A stretch of 64,000 nt of DNA, from positions 1 to 64,000 of the forward strand of contig JYFJ02000923.1 in the NCBI GenBank assembly GCA_000934665.2. The letters are read 5' to 3'. Both the position numbers and the translations under genes were made by a program. Shown here piece after piece: positions 1 to 14,300 of the stretch. How positions within the stretch are numbered: position 1 is the first letter of the stretch; each line of letters opens with the position of its first letter. Below the pieces are notes generated by a model that was not told the origin of the DNA, made no database searches, and worked only from the letters and a program-made list of their open reading frames with translations. This stretch comes from Catajapyx aquilonaris. Taxonomy: Eukaryota.

Positions 1-637
1 CTTGGGAGGGGGGCTAAGTAAGCAGCGATGTACTATCAGTCCAACAAGAATTGTCGCAGCGGCAGCGCACGAACTACAATCTACGAGCACAGGTATACGA
101 GAGACTGTAGTTCGTGCGCTGCCGCTTGCGACAATAATTCTTGTTGGACACCAGGTACCGTAGTCAGAGAGGTGGCGCACCCAGTGGGGATAGAGATAAC
201 TTCCAGTGGACATGCAAACAAACATCGTTGACAGTATTAGGTGAAATATTATTGAGAAGATATACCAATAGGACATGTTAGTTGGATGCATTTTTTGACA
301 TACCGTACGATGGGTTTAAAAAAAAATTAAGATCACATTCATTTGTATTGGTAGAACAGCGTCCATTTGTTGTCGAATTATGTTCACGTTTGAAGTGGAG
401 AGGAGCGATATTGTTACCAATAATTATGAATTTGAGCTCATTCTGAAACACCCCGGATAGTACCAGCATGCATCAACCGTGCCTTAGTTTTACTCGTTAT
501 ACTATACAGTACTTTTAACTTGTCTGCACGAGTTTTCCTTGTACAGAGTAGGGCCTACCATCTCATTCCCTTACCATGCGTTGAAAGGCAAATGGTGTCT
601 GATCCCGGTACAAGAATAAATCAGCATTACATGTTAC

Positions 638-896
638 TAATTGAAGGGGTCGGTGCAATACCGCCCTAACCCACCAAATGACACAAATTGAGTTAAGCAC
701 ACTTCCATGTACTACACTCATGTATCTAATAAAATCCATTGAAATTGTGCAGTTTCTGCCATCGGTCACTGAGAAATCAAATGAAATAAGTCACATGGTA
801 TATGGGATGTATATGGCCTCTCAAACTTTCAACTGCAGTTTTCTCAAAATCAGGTTTGGGAGGGTTAGGGCAGTATTGCACCGACCCCTTCAATTA
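638..896. mobile_element. Unclassified MITE with 35-bp inverted repeats
   Basis: TAATTGAAGGGGTCGGTGCAATACCGCCCTAACCC (638-672) vs 862-896, one mismatch. Confidence 0.8.
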
Positions 897-3800
897 TTTG
901 CGCAATTTGTGTGGGTTAGCGTCGTCATGGCGCAGTTCTGTGAAGGTATAGCTGGTTACATTGTATATGGCGCTCAGCTTGCTAAAAATTCCCACGCCAC
1001 TCTACATGCCTAATAAGACACATGATATCATAGAGTAACATCAAAGTGATGGTCACTCTCGCGGGCAGAGCTTGTGTAAATGTTGGGTTTTAAACTCTGG
1101 AGACAACCGTAAGTTGCAATTAACCAGCACCGCTCTCACATGGTGACATCGTAAGCAAAACACATATGCATACAGAACACAATTTCAGGATTTATACGTA
1201 TTTACAGCAAGTGCCTCAGCTTATATCATCATGATGACTAGTAATATTCGTTTGTATAGCTTGGACCCAATTTCTTCTCCTTTTATTTGATCACATCCTC
1301 ACACTGACAGTTGCTTAGGAAAATAGTGTCACAGAGGCATTGTTGAATTACTTTTAGGAACATAGATGTCAGCATTAATATACTGTTCTGGCCAGCTGCC
1401 TGACGAACCAGGCCATTGCGCAAGATTACAATATTACTTGATATATGGGCAGTCGCAGTCGTCACAAGTTGCTCACTGCTCTGCAATCATGCGTGTATAG
1501 GCAACTGCATCACTTTCTATTGTACCATCGTTATCCCAGCAACTTTGTCATGAATGAACATCCACAGGCTATTTTTCTTTGGCTTATGCTTGTTATAGGC
1601 TACTGATATTGCTCTCGCAAGATCCTCTCATAGTAGTAATTGGCATTGTATTTGTTAACAACGTGTGCTTGGAGAGTTAGCAGAGTTTTTGTGAAATGCA
1701 AGATGTTGATTATTATAATTTACTCTACTGTATATGTCAAAAAAGTTTTGTAGCTTGGAAATAAGCAATCATCGACATTCTAGCAAGGTGAAAGTTATAG
1801 AAAAATGTAATTATTTCCCCCTTGTTATGATTGCTGTACTTGTATAATGGCGTGATCCTCTAGGCCGAAACTTTTCTTGGCATATATTAGCACATTTGTG
1901 GCATTACAAAAATTGGTCATGCTGTGTAATGGTTTCCTATCAGCTCTCGTTTTCAATTTTCCCATGCCTCGCCTGGGGGTATTATACTTCACCCTACAAC
2001 TTAATCTTATACTGAGTGAGTCAGATATCCAGATCAATCTCCCGCCAGGGTACTCGTAAGCCCAAAGCAAGTCTAAAATTTAGGGGTTATAAATGTCGAA
2101 AACCCAACCGGTAACGACGTAGACGACGACGAGTCTAAAGGGAAACGAAACTCTCATTGTCGCCTACATCAACTGTAAAGTTCTTCACATTTCTCACCCT
2201 TACACTTTCAGACTTGCATTAGGCCACCCTGGCCCAGTAGATGTGGCTCACCCTGTATAACAATATTCTACAGCAGCATGCAGTACACCCTACATTTCAT
2301 AACGTACGACATGCCAATTGCGGAAGTAGTGGTTGCACAGGCTGCATTTCGCCCGCAACTTATGTCCAACCAGAGTAAAGCACAGCGTTTTGATGCCAGT
2401 ACAAACGCCACAATTTTGTGCAAATTCCTCCTGTTAACACTACATACTGCAGCTTTCAAAACTAAAACTAAACTTTTGTCACATCGAACGGTCCAGCATA
2501 ATTACACAAGTTTCCCCCCCCCCTCCCCATAAAGAACTCCTACTGGAGTGCAGACCCAGCTTTTAATATGCATCACTCTGTAAATTATGTGCAAATGCAA
2601 CATCATCGCCATGTGATGTGTATTTACTCACCAGATTTGTAGCCCCCCCCCTCCTTTTTTAAAAAGTAGGCTCCAGAATAGGCTTAAAATCCCAGCAAAA
2701 AATATGGCATAGACTAAGCGAATCCTTTGAGCTTACGAATTTGTAGAAAGGAGCCATAATTAATCAGCCTGTNGGGGGGGGGGAGGACATGTGTGCGGAT
2801 TTAGGAGGAAAGGGAGGTTCAAAAACTGTTTTGCTTACATGACGTGTTTTTCTCCACATTCGAGCGGATTCTCCCCCTCCCAGGATTTGCCATGCCACAC
2901 TTTTGTTTTATCAGCACAATCCGGTGGGAGGGAGAGCTTCCCAAAATATTCAACCTCTGCTGCAAGAGGGATTATTTTGGCTGCTGAATATAACTAGTAT
3001 CGTTGGGTCTTTAACGTAGTGAACGAGACTGGGAAGAGCACAGGCTGCATTAATATCGATGCATATATTTGGGATCCAAAAAGCGTGTTGGCTCCGAATT
3101 ATCCCTAGCCTTATCTATTATTATTGCGTGATTTTTTTTTTGTATAGTTCAGAGCTGAAATATTTGTTCAGAATAAATGGTGAATAGAGCTGCGGGTGTC
3201 AGATATTGCGGTGTGTATATTGAGTGGTGTTATTTTAAAACTGAATGGGACGACAAGCCTGCGGCAGTGAAATGATGTGCTGTCCAAAAGCGATGAGAGA
3301 ACAGTCACTTTATAATACGGCAGGGTTGTGTGCACCATGTTGTGTTACGGGATTATCACTCGTAAGTAAAGAGAGAATTGGGGAAAATAATTATGGGAAG
3401 ACAACAGAGTTCGTTATATACAGGTTTCATTAGATTGCATAAAATGTAAATAAACTGCCTACTTAGTGCTGCAGAATATGCCAATGAGGCGTTTCTCGTG
3501 AAGTTTTCCCTTTCAATAATATGCGTTCATATAGTGTGTACAGTGCTTCTCGCAGCTTGCAGTTTCCAAAATATTCCACATCTATTTTCATTACAAGGGT
3601 AAACCCTAATTTTACCCCGGCAGTTCGCCACGTGAGACGTGAATATGTCCAGGTGTACAGTATTGTTGCACGGGGATATTTCACTTGGATTTGTGTCAAA
3701 TTATGGTAACAACCCGTCAGATTATAAATACACTGCATTCACCTGTATTAGGACTGTAAAACAAGTCATATTGTCAATTTAGTTGTCTGCACTGATTATT

Positions 3801-6800
3801 ATTTTATTCGTCGGTTTGTGATTCATATTTTACATACAGTATATTGACCATACATGCAGAATTAATTTACTTTGTGGTTTTATCGTCACGGTAAAACAGT
3901 AATTTTATCTGTGACCCGATTACGATCATAGTAGTGGCACATAGTTATTATACAAGCACTGTTATCAGTATTGCTCCTCATCCCACAGCTTCTGACTGTA
4001 GGTTGTATTTTCGGATTATTGTTGCCACCGGTAATTCGGTGACACGGCAACTCGTAAGAGCGGTATCACGCATGTCACCCCCTTTCGGAACAGCGGTAGC
4101 ATAATATTGGCATTTAGCATTTTACAGCCCGCCACTACGCTCTCAAGGTGAACCTCCTGGCTAGTGCACACTGCACAGTGGTATCTAACTCTAGCACCCT
4201 TCAAATGCTGTACAGTACACTTCCTGTGACACACGAGTCACGACTCTATATATTAGCAACCTCAGCTCGAGAACCTAGAGGCTACCACAAAGTAGGGGTT
4301 TGCTCTAGGCCATTGTACTCACCCATCTAATCCGAAATCTAGTGCAAATGAAAAGCGAAACTGTACCAGGAACAAGCTGTTTATTACGTGAAGGCCACCT
4401 GCCAATTTTTCCTCCCTTTTCGCGACATTCCGAATTCAGGCCTTCCCCAGAGGCAATTGGAATATTAACAATAAAAAGGGCCATATTGACTTCTGTTGAG
4501 GCAACTCTGCAGCCAAACCCAACCTTCCTGGCTGCCCTCCCATTTTTGAATAGACTTCTGGGATCCTGCCAAAAGTAGATTTCTCTCCACTTCTTGTCCA
4601 AACACGCGTCAAGAACCCACCTATCACACCTGATCATTGGTGACCCCTTAATCAGGCCCTCCAGCAATCAGAGCTCCTAGAAAGAATTGATTTGGCAGAG
4701 CCTGAGTTTGCATAGGTAAATGAGGAGACACTCCAGGAGTGATAATGAGACGATTAGGACCATTAGTCGGAGAGGAGAGGCATCTTTGATGGCCAACTAC
4801 CTCGCTTGTAGTCAGGTCTTCAAATCAAGCTCCTCCTCCATTTTTTCCTCACCCCCTTCTTCTGAAAGACCACGTTCGAATCCCTTCTCACACAATTGCT
4901 TCATCAAATCAGGATTCTGCTTTCGTCGTCTCTCCACCGTACACTCCGCAACTTTCTTCATCTTACTTGACGATCTCCTCCCTCGCCAGCCTGCTCTTCT
5001 CCAACCTCACTACCAACTCTCTGGAACACTATAGACAAGCGATCTGGTCTTTTGCTCTTGCCTCTTTTGTACGGGACCATACTGCACAAACTAGTTTCTT
5101 AGCAGCCAATTTGCTCTCGGGTTGTGTCGAGCACTTCCTTTTCCAAGGATTCACACCTAGGCTGGATTGTTATTATACTATTATTTGGATTTTAAAAATA
5201 AGGTTGGCGTGAGATGCATACTCGATAGCAGCTATTGTAGTCTCAATTTCCTATCCCGTAGTATTACGACGATTGTGCATCCTGGTTTTGATAATGATCT
5301 GCTCAAATATTGGCGGAGCTCACAGGCTGTAAGATGCAAGTTATCAAACCCACAGAGAGAAAATTATGTAGATCTACCAGTTTCTGAAAGTGACTAATCG
5401 ATTATTTAACCACCAGTTTTACCCCGCCGTTTTTAAATGATTATTTAAAGCACAGGCTAGCGGTCCTACAATGTTAATAAGGGTGTATAATCATGGCTGT
5501 ACATTGCACCATATTTTCAACTTACCATAACCACAGCATCGGACAAGCGCCCACACTGCTTCCACTCAGTTTACTATACAGGGATTTCTACCAGAGGTTA
5601 GTGGATGAGGTTCATCCCAAATCGGTTGCCATGGATTCCCCTCCCTAAAAGGTGGCCTCAGCTAATGAAATTAACCACGCCGCCAGGAAAACTTGCCTTG
5701 ATTACCACTCACTTTTTGCTCATCTTGCAACCATCTTGTGATATGAAGAGTTGTTCACTAACTCACTTTAGTCGGAAGCGCCATTGTGTAACGGGGAGAT
5801 CGGATACAAATTATCTCCCGTTTTGGCCGGATAGGAGGGTTAGGGTTGGATGGTACAAGATGAGAAAAGACGATGACTTTTGTGAGGAATTGGGATGCTG
5901 GCTAGGAAGATGGAGAAAGATGAGAAAGATTAGGGTGGGGTTTTCCCCAGTGGAGGACCCTATTCGTCTTCCATTTTCTTCTGCTTCGGGGGGCAACTAT
6001 CCAAGGTCACCCCTCCTGATTAGGCTTTGTGCAACGACAATAGGCCCACTTTGGATGTCTAACTCTCAGAATTTGTTCAGGGTTATATTCAATGATTTTC
6101 ATTTGGTTTTGTCGTTGGAACGAGGTGTTGATTGGGATTTGATAGGATTGTGCTCCGCCTGTGATTACTGTGCTTGATTGTTAGAGAATGCTGAGAATAG
6201 TGGGTTATACAGGATTCAGAAATGAAGATGACCTACTAAATTGAGGAGTGAAATAGTTGCAACCCACCGGCATCAATTCAATTACGTAGGTTATTGCTAC
6301 CGCCGCACGCTTTGATGGCATATACAGTATTTGAAAATTCGTGTTTCATTATGGCTTCCACCGGCAGAGTTGGTATGCAACGACCATTGATGTCCACGAT
6401 GGCAACATTTAATTCAGCTAATTCACACCATACTGAAAGTTGTGCATTTTATACTCTCTGCAACATTGTTATAAACAATGAAGAAAAATACACAAGTTCT
6501 GCAAATCTTGTCCTTCACAGGGAGCACACAGGTGTTGCTATGAGTCCATGAAAGCTATTTCTGCATAATTTGACCAATCGCATTATCATTACAGTAGGCC
6601 TAAACCGATTATTACCGACTTCACATCACAACCACATCAGTGAAACTTTTTCGGGCGCTAGCCTCAGTCGCCTCATTTTAGCCTCTAATGCGAAAACCCA
6701 ACAAATACTAAATAATCATTTCGGAGATGTGAAAAAACCTCTTGTTTTTATGAAGCCACTTTGGTGAACGGAATAATTGGAATAGAATAGTGAAATTATA

Positions 6801-7194
6801 TGGTACAAAAATATTATAAATCGAGGGCAAGTGTTTGGCTAGTTTTAGCACGTGGCTGGCATGATTTGTCTGGTATTGGCACTGTACTTGAATGTCGTAC
6901 ATCATTCTCGGTCGGGTTTTCGCAATTCTTAATCGTGCCTTTTGTCACTAATTATGAGGTCTAAAGGTACCCTCATCAATAGTCATTTTTATCTATTCAT
7001 GCCAAGCATGTGAAAATAATTAGCACTGTCTTAGAAATGTGCAAGTTTTCACCTGATAATACCAAACTTGGTGACTTCTAGCAACACATTTAATTTCACG
7101 CTACATAATATGGCCTTTTTGAGGCTATAGTGACTGAAGGTCATATAGTAATTCTCAACAGTTTCTAGTCACAACTGTGTATTATAAGAGGAGG

Positions 7195-7620
7195 TGTTAC
7201 CTCAGGAAAATGTCGAGAAGTTTCTTTGATTATGCGAGCTCAAGTCGGCTTTACTCTCTTGTGGCTCGAATTCGGGCGGTTTATGAGCGCAAAACTTGCA
7301 ACAACATTTTGATATGGGTTCCTCCTAAAAGAGCCTGCATATTTGCTTCATCTTCCCGGGGGGCCAGGAAACTCCATACATATCTCAAGAACACCTGACA
7401 TGATCCAGACCGCTCTCCAACGTATCCCACTAAAATCAATCTGTTCTGCAAACAAGGAACTGCACATTCCCAATTCCACTGTCCACAATACTGTCCATAA
7501 GAGCCTTCGACTGCTATCCTACAAAATTCAACTACCGCATGCCATAGGAGCAAACGACCGGAACCTGCGCAAGCAATTAGCCGTGAAAATGTCTCGCATT
7601 GATAGTGACAATGAGTGCAC
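7195..7620 (+). pseudogene. Decayed Tc1/mariner-superfamily transposase, N-terminal HTH region (DUF4817-like)
   Basis: IQTALQRIPLKSICSANKELHIPNSTVHNTVHKSLRLLSYKIQLPHAIGANDRNLRKQLAVKM resembles the recalled mariner pattern RSPxKSxRxASxELxIPxSTVHxxLHKRLxLxxYKIQL. Upstream L*LCELKS and RAVYERK..NNILIW lie in other frames, implying frameshifts and a stop. No catalytic domain seen. Confidence 0.75.
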
Positions 7621-8384
7621 TCTATTAGACGGTCAGCCTCTCTATTTAACAAAACTGCCCAATCCGGCAGCTTTTTCTACCATGAAACTGACATTTTTCA
7701 ACATTCCGGTCTAATGGTAATGATATGCACCATACATATTATTTCTATTCACATCTCTGTAAAATGCGAAATTAATTAATGAACAACTAAACCATGCTAA
7801 AATAATGAAATCTGGTAAAATATGAGTCAATTAATATTTATTACGTAGAGCCATGCATGAAGAGAGTTTGGACCATTTAAACACACCAGAGGGGCCAGGC
7901 AAGTTCGAAGGCCTTGTGGAAAACTCAAGTGTTCGCTAACTCTTTGAAAAGATCTTCCCCAACGCTTCCCAGTCAATGTGAGCAAAAGAGTTGAGCTCTG
8001 GGATGGGAAAAGATCAAGCGAACTTTTTTTTTGCTTCTTCTTTGATGGCAACTTCAGCATGAGGATTAACCGTGCGTATTGTAACACTGCTGCATTATGT
8101 AGGTGTGTGGTGCTTTTTTTTCGTTATTTTTTTTAGGGACGGGTAAAATTGGGAGTCAGTGGTGCGATCTGTGAGGTGGGCTGCAAACGACACTAGAACG
8201 AGTCGCCTCAGAGCACTCGATAATTCGGTGCATCCTACCAGTGTTCTATAAGGTTATGGGTCAGTTGCAAGCTTTTGATGGGGGGTAGGCTCAGCGTCCA
8301 TTTGCGAATTAAAGAAAGTTTTTAGGACTCGACCAATTTTTTACTGAATTTTTACAGTTGAAATTTAGCTTAAATAATACATTT

Positions 8385-8600
8385 TGAAGCGCTTATTGTA
8401 ACAATGGGCTAACCGACATTTTGTAAAATCGGATAAAATTAACTCTAATGTTAACGTGACGGGAAAATGCATTTATTGCACATTTCTACAAATCTCCATA
8501 TTTTGGCACATGTCCGAAGTGACAGTGTATAAGGAATATTATCCATTTCCACCATTACGGCTACGTTGTGGGTTAGCCCATTGTTGCAGTAAGCACTTCA
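8385..8600. mobile_element. Unclassified MITE with ~30-bp inverted repeats
   Basis: TGAAGCGCTTATTGTAACAATGGGCTAACC vs GGTTAGCCCATTGTTGCAGTAAGCACTTCA, 3 mismatches. Confidence 0.72.
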
Positions 8601-11153
8601 TTAATTAATGGATTTGATTATTTACCTTAATTGGAATCATAATTAAAGGCAATGACGGGGAGGGAGAACGGATGTGTTTCAGCAATTATGATGTTTCCAA
8701 TTTACTGTTTAACTGTTTAGATGTTTAACTGTAAACAAACTCTTTCCTTTGGGATACACACTCACGGTCCCAAAACGGCAATACTAAACGCATTTCACCG
8801 TTATACAGTACATTGTGATATGGTGCGAGATATACCGCGTGTACCTGTACTCTTAAGTATTATAAATCGCTACAGTAGTTTCATTTCTGCGTGTACTTAG
8901 CGCATTCGATAAACCAATAAGTGATAATTATCATAGTGTGGATTTATTGGTTCTGCAAATTTGGACAAACTGGTTAGCCATAATTGCCGCAATAATTAAC
9001 AGGACAGAGCAGGTATGGTATTTCCCCGGACATTTGTTTGCTGCCAGGAAGGAACAGGCTTGTGAGTGACATGGACCGAAAATATGAGTTGTGACGGGAA
9101 TCTGGTTGAAATGGTCCCTCGCTCCTGCCTCGTTTGGACAAAGTTGTTTGATGCAAGGTGACAGGTAGTCGAGAGGCATAAGAGAGGAAAGGGGGTAAAA
9201 AATACATGAAGAAGAAAAAAAACGCGCCGAGGCATCTGAGTCAGTAGGGAATTTTTCCAGCGAAAAGCAAGAAAACGGCAGGATTACATCACTCTTCTAA
9301 CAAATAAATCCGTCTTCTTCTCCCTAAAAATATGTCCATCTCGCTGGCCGGGTCCATTTCGAAGTATGAAGCTGGATGTAATTTCAATTTCCTGGCTGCC
9401 CGCTTTTCAATCGCTTCGTCCCTTCCTTTCCGTTCCCAAATCCAGGGTTCCCCGGATGATTTTCCACCCCGATGACCTCCTCCACGCTCAAAGCCTATGT
9501 CTTTTCGCCTGTTTGCTTGTTGGGAGTCACACCCTACTCGAGAACTCCCAGGAAATTCGGGTGAATTGAAAGAAATCAGGTTTGATATATAGGTAGGAAA
9601 GACTCTTGGGAGGTGAAATTATTAGGTAGCTTTGTGGTTTTTGAAGCATGTTGAGGACTTGGCTTTATTCGCGACTGTGATTCCGATAGCGTCAACTGGA
9701 CTTGACACATTTTTAGAACCCAATAAGTACAAAAGTTTAGGACAAACTTATCCTGGCATAGTCGCCAGCACTACACTCTTAACCATTTACCTTATAAATT
9801 ACCTTGTATGTGCAAAATACCTTCTAAATATGGACGGTCAGGAGAAATATAGAAGGTAAGTTCGTGCCTAGAAGGTAAAGAGACACGTGCTACCTCTTTA
9901 TAAAGGGTAACTGGGAGGCGAACATGAGTCAGCGTTATCCTGCGGGTGGCCTACCCTTCAGGATAAACTTGCATGTGGTCTTCTTGTTGATTTGGACTTG
10001 CCGGCTTATGCTTCACGGTTGAGTCACCAGTCACGTAATGAAAAATCTGTAAATGAAATCCTTATCGTGCTGCACACCTTGACAGCTAAGACTCGGGTAA
10101 AAAAAAAAGTAAATTCATCTTTCTTGGCCTTCCCTTTTTTCGTTTTATGGAGTGTCCCAGTTTCGCTGGTTGGTTCCTCAGGGAGCGAAATTATCTGGTG
10201 GGAGTCTGGCGGAAACCATTGGGTCCTATCTCATCAGCCACGTCGAGAGAACTGACAGGTGTCGGGACCAACAAAGACTTGTCGGCGGTGGCACTTGGTT
10301 TTCCACCCATTCCCCCTTGGGAAATCAGCATCTTTCATTTAGGCCTTGAACTGTATAGGAGGGGAAGGAAAGGAAACTATGTGGGGAAGGAAGATGCATT
10401 GATTGCATGCTCGGCCTCCAGGTTCGCTAGAGTCTCAGCAGCCATGTTCTGAGCCGGTTGTCTGAACGTAGGAAAAATACGACAATTGACGAGCTGAGAG
10501 GGGTAGGTTGGGCTCCAAACTTGCGTATAAAAAACCATCTGGAACTTCTTGAGCATCATTGACATTGGTAGGCGAGCTGCGAGTGGACCCCGAAAGTAAA
10601 AATTGCCAGGAGTGAATTTCTCAAAGTGGTCCTTCGGAGCGTCCAATCTAATCAGGAGGAAGCAGAAAATGTGGCAGGGCCGCCTTGGGGATCCGGATGC
10701 CAGCTTGGACCTCCCCTCTTACATTCACCAATTTTCTTCCCTTCGAGTGGACTTCAGCCATAATGTCCTTCAATGAAAAAAGTGGAGGGAAAGAGAGAAG
10801 GGAGCTCGTTAGGACAGTAGTGCTAGCCAAGTGGACCAAAAGGCATGCGCCCCAAGGTTTGCAACTAACGACCATTTTTGGCACATGACTGTATGACTAG
10901 ACAACCTTGGGCGTCGGTTTATGAATGGCGCCGCTGCAGGACACTCTTGTGGATCGAAATTCCCTTCACAAGCTGCGAAAAGCCACACGACAGGTCTATA
11001 TTTGGTGTTAGCAGGTGAGTGACATGGTCGCACGGTTCTTACTGCACAATTTGTCAAAAAAAAAGTGTATTGGCACTATACAACCGTCAGCACTCTTTGT
11101 AGTGCAGGCCAATTTTTTGACATAATACATGACTGTGCAACATGTATATCACC

Positions 11154-11326
11154 CAAACAAGGATTGTCGCATCCTGGCTTGGATGCAACCCATTGCACAA
11201 ATGTGTGTTGCTTATCTGCTTTGCTCGGCATCGGAGCCTCCTTAGCTGTCTTTGTGGACACACACAATGCACAACTGTGCAATGGATTGCATTCAAGCCA
11301 GGATAACCCGCGACAATCCTTGTTTG
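11154..11326. repeat. Imperfect inverted repeat (fold-back/MITE remnant)
   Basis: CAAACAAGGATTGTCGC-ATCCTGGCTTGGATGCAACCCATTGCACA pairs with TGTGCAATGGATTGCATTCAAGCCAGGAT...GCGACAATCCTTGTTTG. Confidence 0.75.
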
Positions 11327-14300
11327 AGCCATAGTACTACACCTAGTAACTATCTAAACCAACGCGAATAATGAGATACCGGAGACATAGGGGTGTGATC
11401 AGCGGAAAACGAATATCTCCTGGAATATTTACAGCGAAAGAGCCAGCTAAAACGCATCGTGGGAATTCTAGCGGCAACCACCGCCCCCAAAAGCCCACGT
11501 AAGACAAAATAAACCTGTCAGGTGTGGCAATTTACTTTATTGCCTGAAGCCAACATTCGCCGCAACTGCGCCCGAAGGAAGTAGCAGTTACACTACACCT
11601 CCCGCCAAAAGCGCGCCTATAAGTGAAAGGAGCGTGTTTTTGAAACTAAGTTGCCTTCTTTTCACATCGGCCTGTGAAAATTGAATTCGTACGTCAAGCT
11701 GAGAAGGCAGGACAGATGCACATTGTTTCTTGCCAACTCGCAATTTTTGTGTGTGTGTGCACTACACCCTACTTGGAGACATGAAATTTGTGGAACTCTG
11801 GATGATGGCAAGGGTGGCTGACGGTTGGTTTCCAGTCGGAAGCCACATGGAGCCAAAATGCTGCTAGCAACAGCGAACCGGCCGGGCTTTTGGTCTGCAA
11901 ATGGAGCCCATTGGGCCTGGCCACAAGCATCCGGCCGGACGCAGAAACTCTTTTGTGAATGTGTGTGGTGGCCGTGAGTTCTTTCCATTAGGGACAACCC
12001 GGACACCCCCTGTTACCCCCATAGCCCCCAACTCCCACTCACCTTTTCCACTTCACCAAAGGGCTCTGATTTAATTAAGGCTAATCGCTTTCCATGTAGT
12101 TCAGTACACCGTGGACTGCCGATACCTGATAGAACAGAATAGGATTTTTTTTCCCCCAGCTACAGGAATGCTGGCGTGAAGAGTTGATTGTGTTTTGTAG
12201 AACCTCGTGTATAGTTGGAAGAGCAGGCTATATACGGACAGTGGGTTCCAATGGGGAGATATCCTGCTGCAGATTTTCTTTCAGGAAGAACTGCGCACCT
12301 GAGCAGCAGTAATCATGGGATCTTTTGCCGGTGTGATTGCCTTTACAAGGACTCTTGATTCAAACATCTCCTCTTCTTTTGAAAAGCTGCGTTAGAGAGA
12401 CTGAATATCGGGAGAGGTTCCTAATTGGAGTCCTGGAGAAGGAGAGGGAAAAGGTAACCATTCACACTGTCGGAAGGATTTTTTGGGGGGGAGAGAAACT
12501 CGACGATTCTCAGGAAGGTAACTTTTTTGCTCTTCGACGAATAGAGGTTATACAGCCTTATTTTTACTGAAAAGAAGGCTCGTACTCGAGGGCATTACAG
12601 AATCTTCTATGGCTGTTAAACTTCCCTTGATAAAATGCCAATGTGGGACAAGATGTGCTTTTCAATTTATGAATAGATTTCGTCGATCGACATATAATAA
12701 AAAATAATTAACTTTAGTATTTCGCAATAGCAGTAATGTAGTTTTGTGGGGGAAAAAGTAACAAGCGGTGCATGTTATGGCAAAGTTTCGGACAAATGGA
12801 TCGTGGCACTATACAACCATCAGCACTTCAGTATGATCAATATTTTTTTTTACATAACCTAAGAGTTTTGTAGCGCCAGAAGAGGATTTTCAGAACCTTT
12901 TTTGATGCCTAGCATATCATCAGGTAGGCCTACATCATATACGCGAAGAATTGCACTTATTAATCACGTGTATAGTGAAAATAAAATCAACATCATCTCA
13001 GTAATGAATTCTAAATCACCAAAATCGACTAGGATAATTTCATTTTTGTATTTTGTAAGGAAGTTGAATCCAAAAGAAAGTTCATACATTTTTCACCACC
13101 CAATATCCCATATGCAAATTTCTAATATAATTCTAGTCTAATCTACTGCATTTCCACCTGAAGGGTATTCCCATGTAGTAATACCTCTTGTCACATCAGC
13201 GCAAAACACATACTATTCTCCCCGATATACTTATTAAGCCAGCCATCTCCGGCTGCATTACATAACACTGGCCCTCACAATTCACCCGGAAAAGCATATG
13301 TAGGTAGGTCCCAGTTAGAAATTGCGGTCACGTTCTTGAGAGACACGAGCAAATGTTTCTTCTCCGACCCACCCTGATTCTACGGGTCAGTTCAACTGAG
13401 TTACTCTCGGGGCCAGCCAGCTAAAGCGACTCTCGGACAAGATAGGGCCTAGATGAGGAGCCCTGTACAGTACAGTACACATTTATTAAGAGCGCTAATT
13501 GGGTGGGAAATGGGCCGGGAATGGCGAGGCGCAGCAGGCTAATTTTGAACGCAGTTTAATCATGCAAGTGAGATTTGCATGATTGAGTCGCCTCGTCCCG
13601 GCCCTTTGCCAGGAGCTGGCAAAGATCACAAAGGTGTAAAATGGAGGTGGGGACAGACTGATAGAGGCTTGTGGACACGATTCGACAATAATAATTCCTC
13701 CTCCCTCTATACCCGACCTTTCCCGCCTCCAATCACTGAGATTAACTCGGTACGCGGTTTTCCCCCCATTCTATAACCTAGTGTCCAGTAGCATTAATTT
13801 TGAGGTGACCGCATCCTTTCGAAGGAGGATTGAGTGTAAATCCAATGTGGCAGGTCACGTACAGAAGGACATGCTGTGTTATTCCCCAGAGAGCTGTGCT
13901 TGTAGGAGGCTGGCAAAATTGGACAGGCAGCCCTAGATGGGCAGCACTCCTGTCAGCGCTATTGACCCTAGATTGCCTGGCCCTCATGCAACGACCTGCT
14001 ACAAACTATTGTCGGAGGTAGAACTGGCACCGAACGCATTTCAGATGCATTGCTATTTTCCTGCGGGGCATACGTGTCCAACACTGTAATGTGCAGTCTA
14101 CCAGCCTGAAAGAGTTCAGTGGACACCTTCATTAACGGTGATTTAGGTACACATGCGGTACATGTGAGAGGTGTCTAACAGCATGTGAAGAATAAACCTG
14201 GTGCTACTTCGTCATTTAGCAGATCTATGTGGAATGTATATCTCGCTGATTCGAGACGGCGCGGCGGAGACAATTGACACCCCTGTATGCATAAAGTGAT

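Noticed and set aside
4000..5200. Minus-strand coding-like relic (charged stretches, RCDRWVLDAC and YHCAVC Cys motifs suggestive of a transposase-associated PHD/Zn finger)
   Set aside because: Several stops and frameshifts, and no motif long enough to assign a family by eye.
5605..6177. 190-aa ORF
   Set aside because: No recognisable domain or splice context; composition looks like a chance or off-frame repeat translation.
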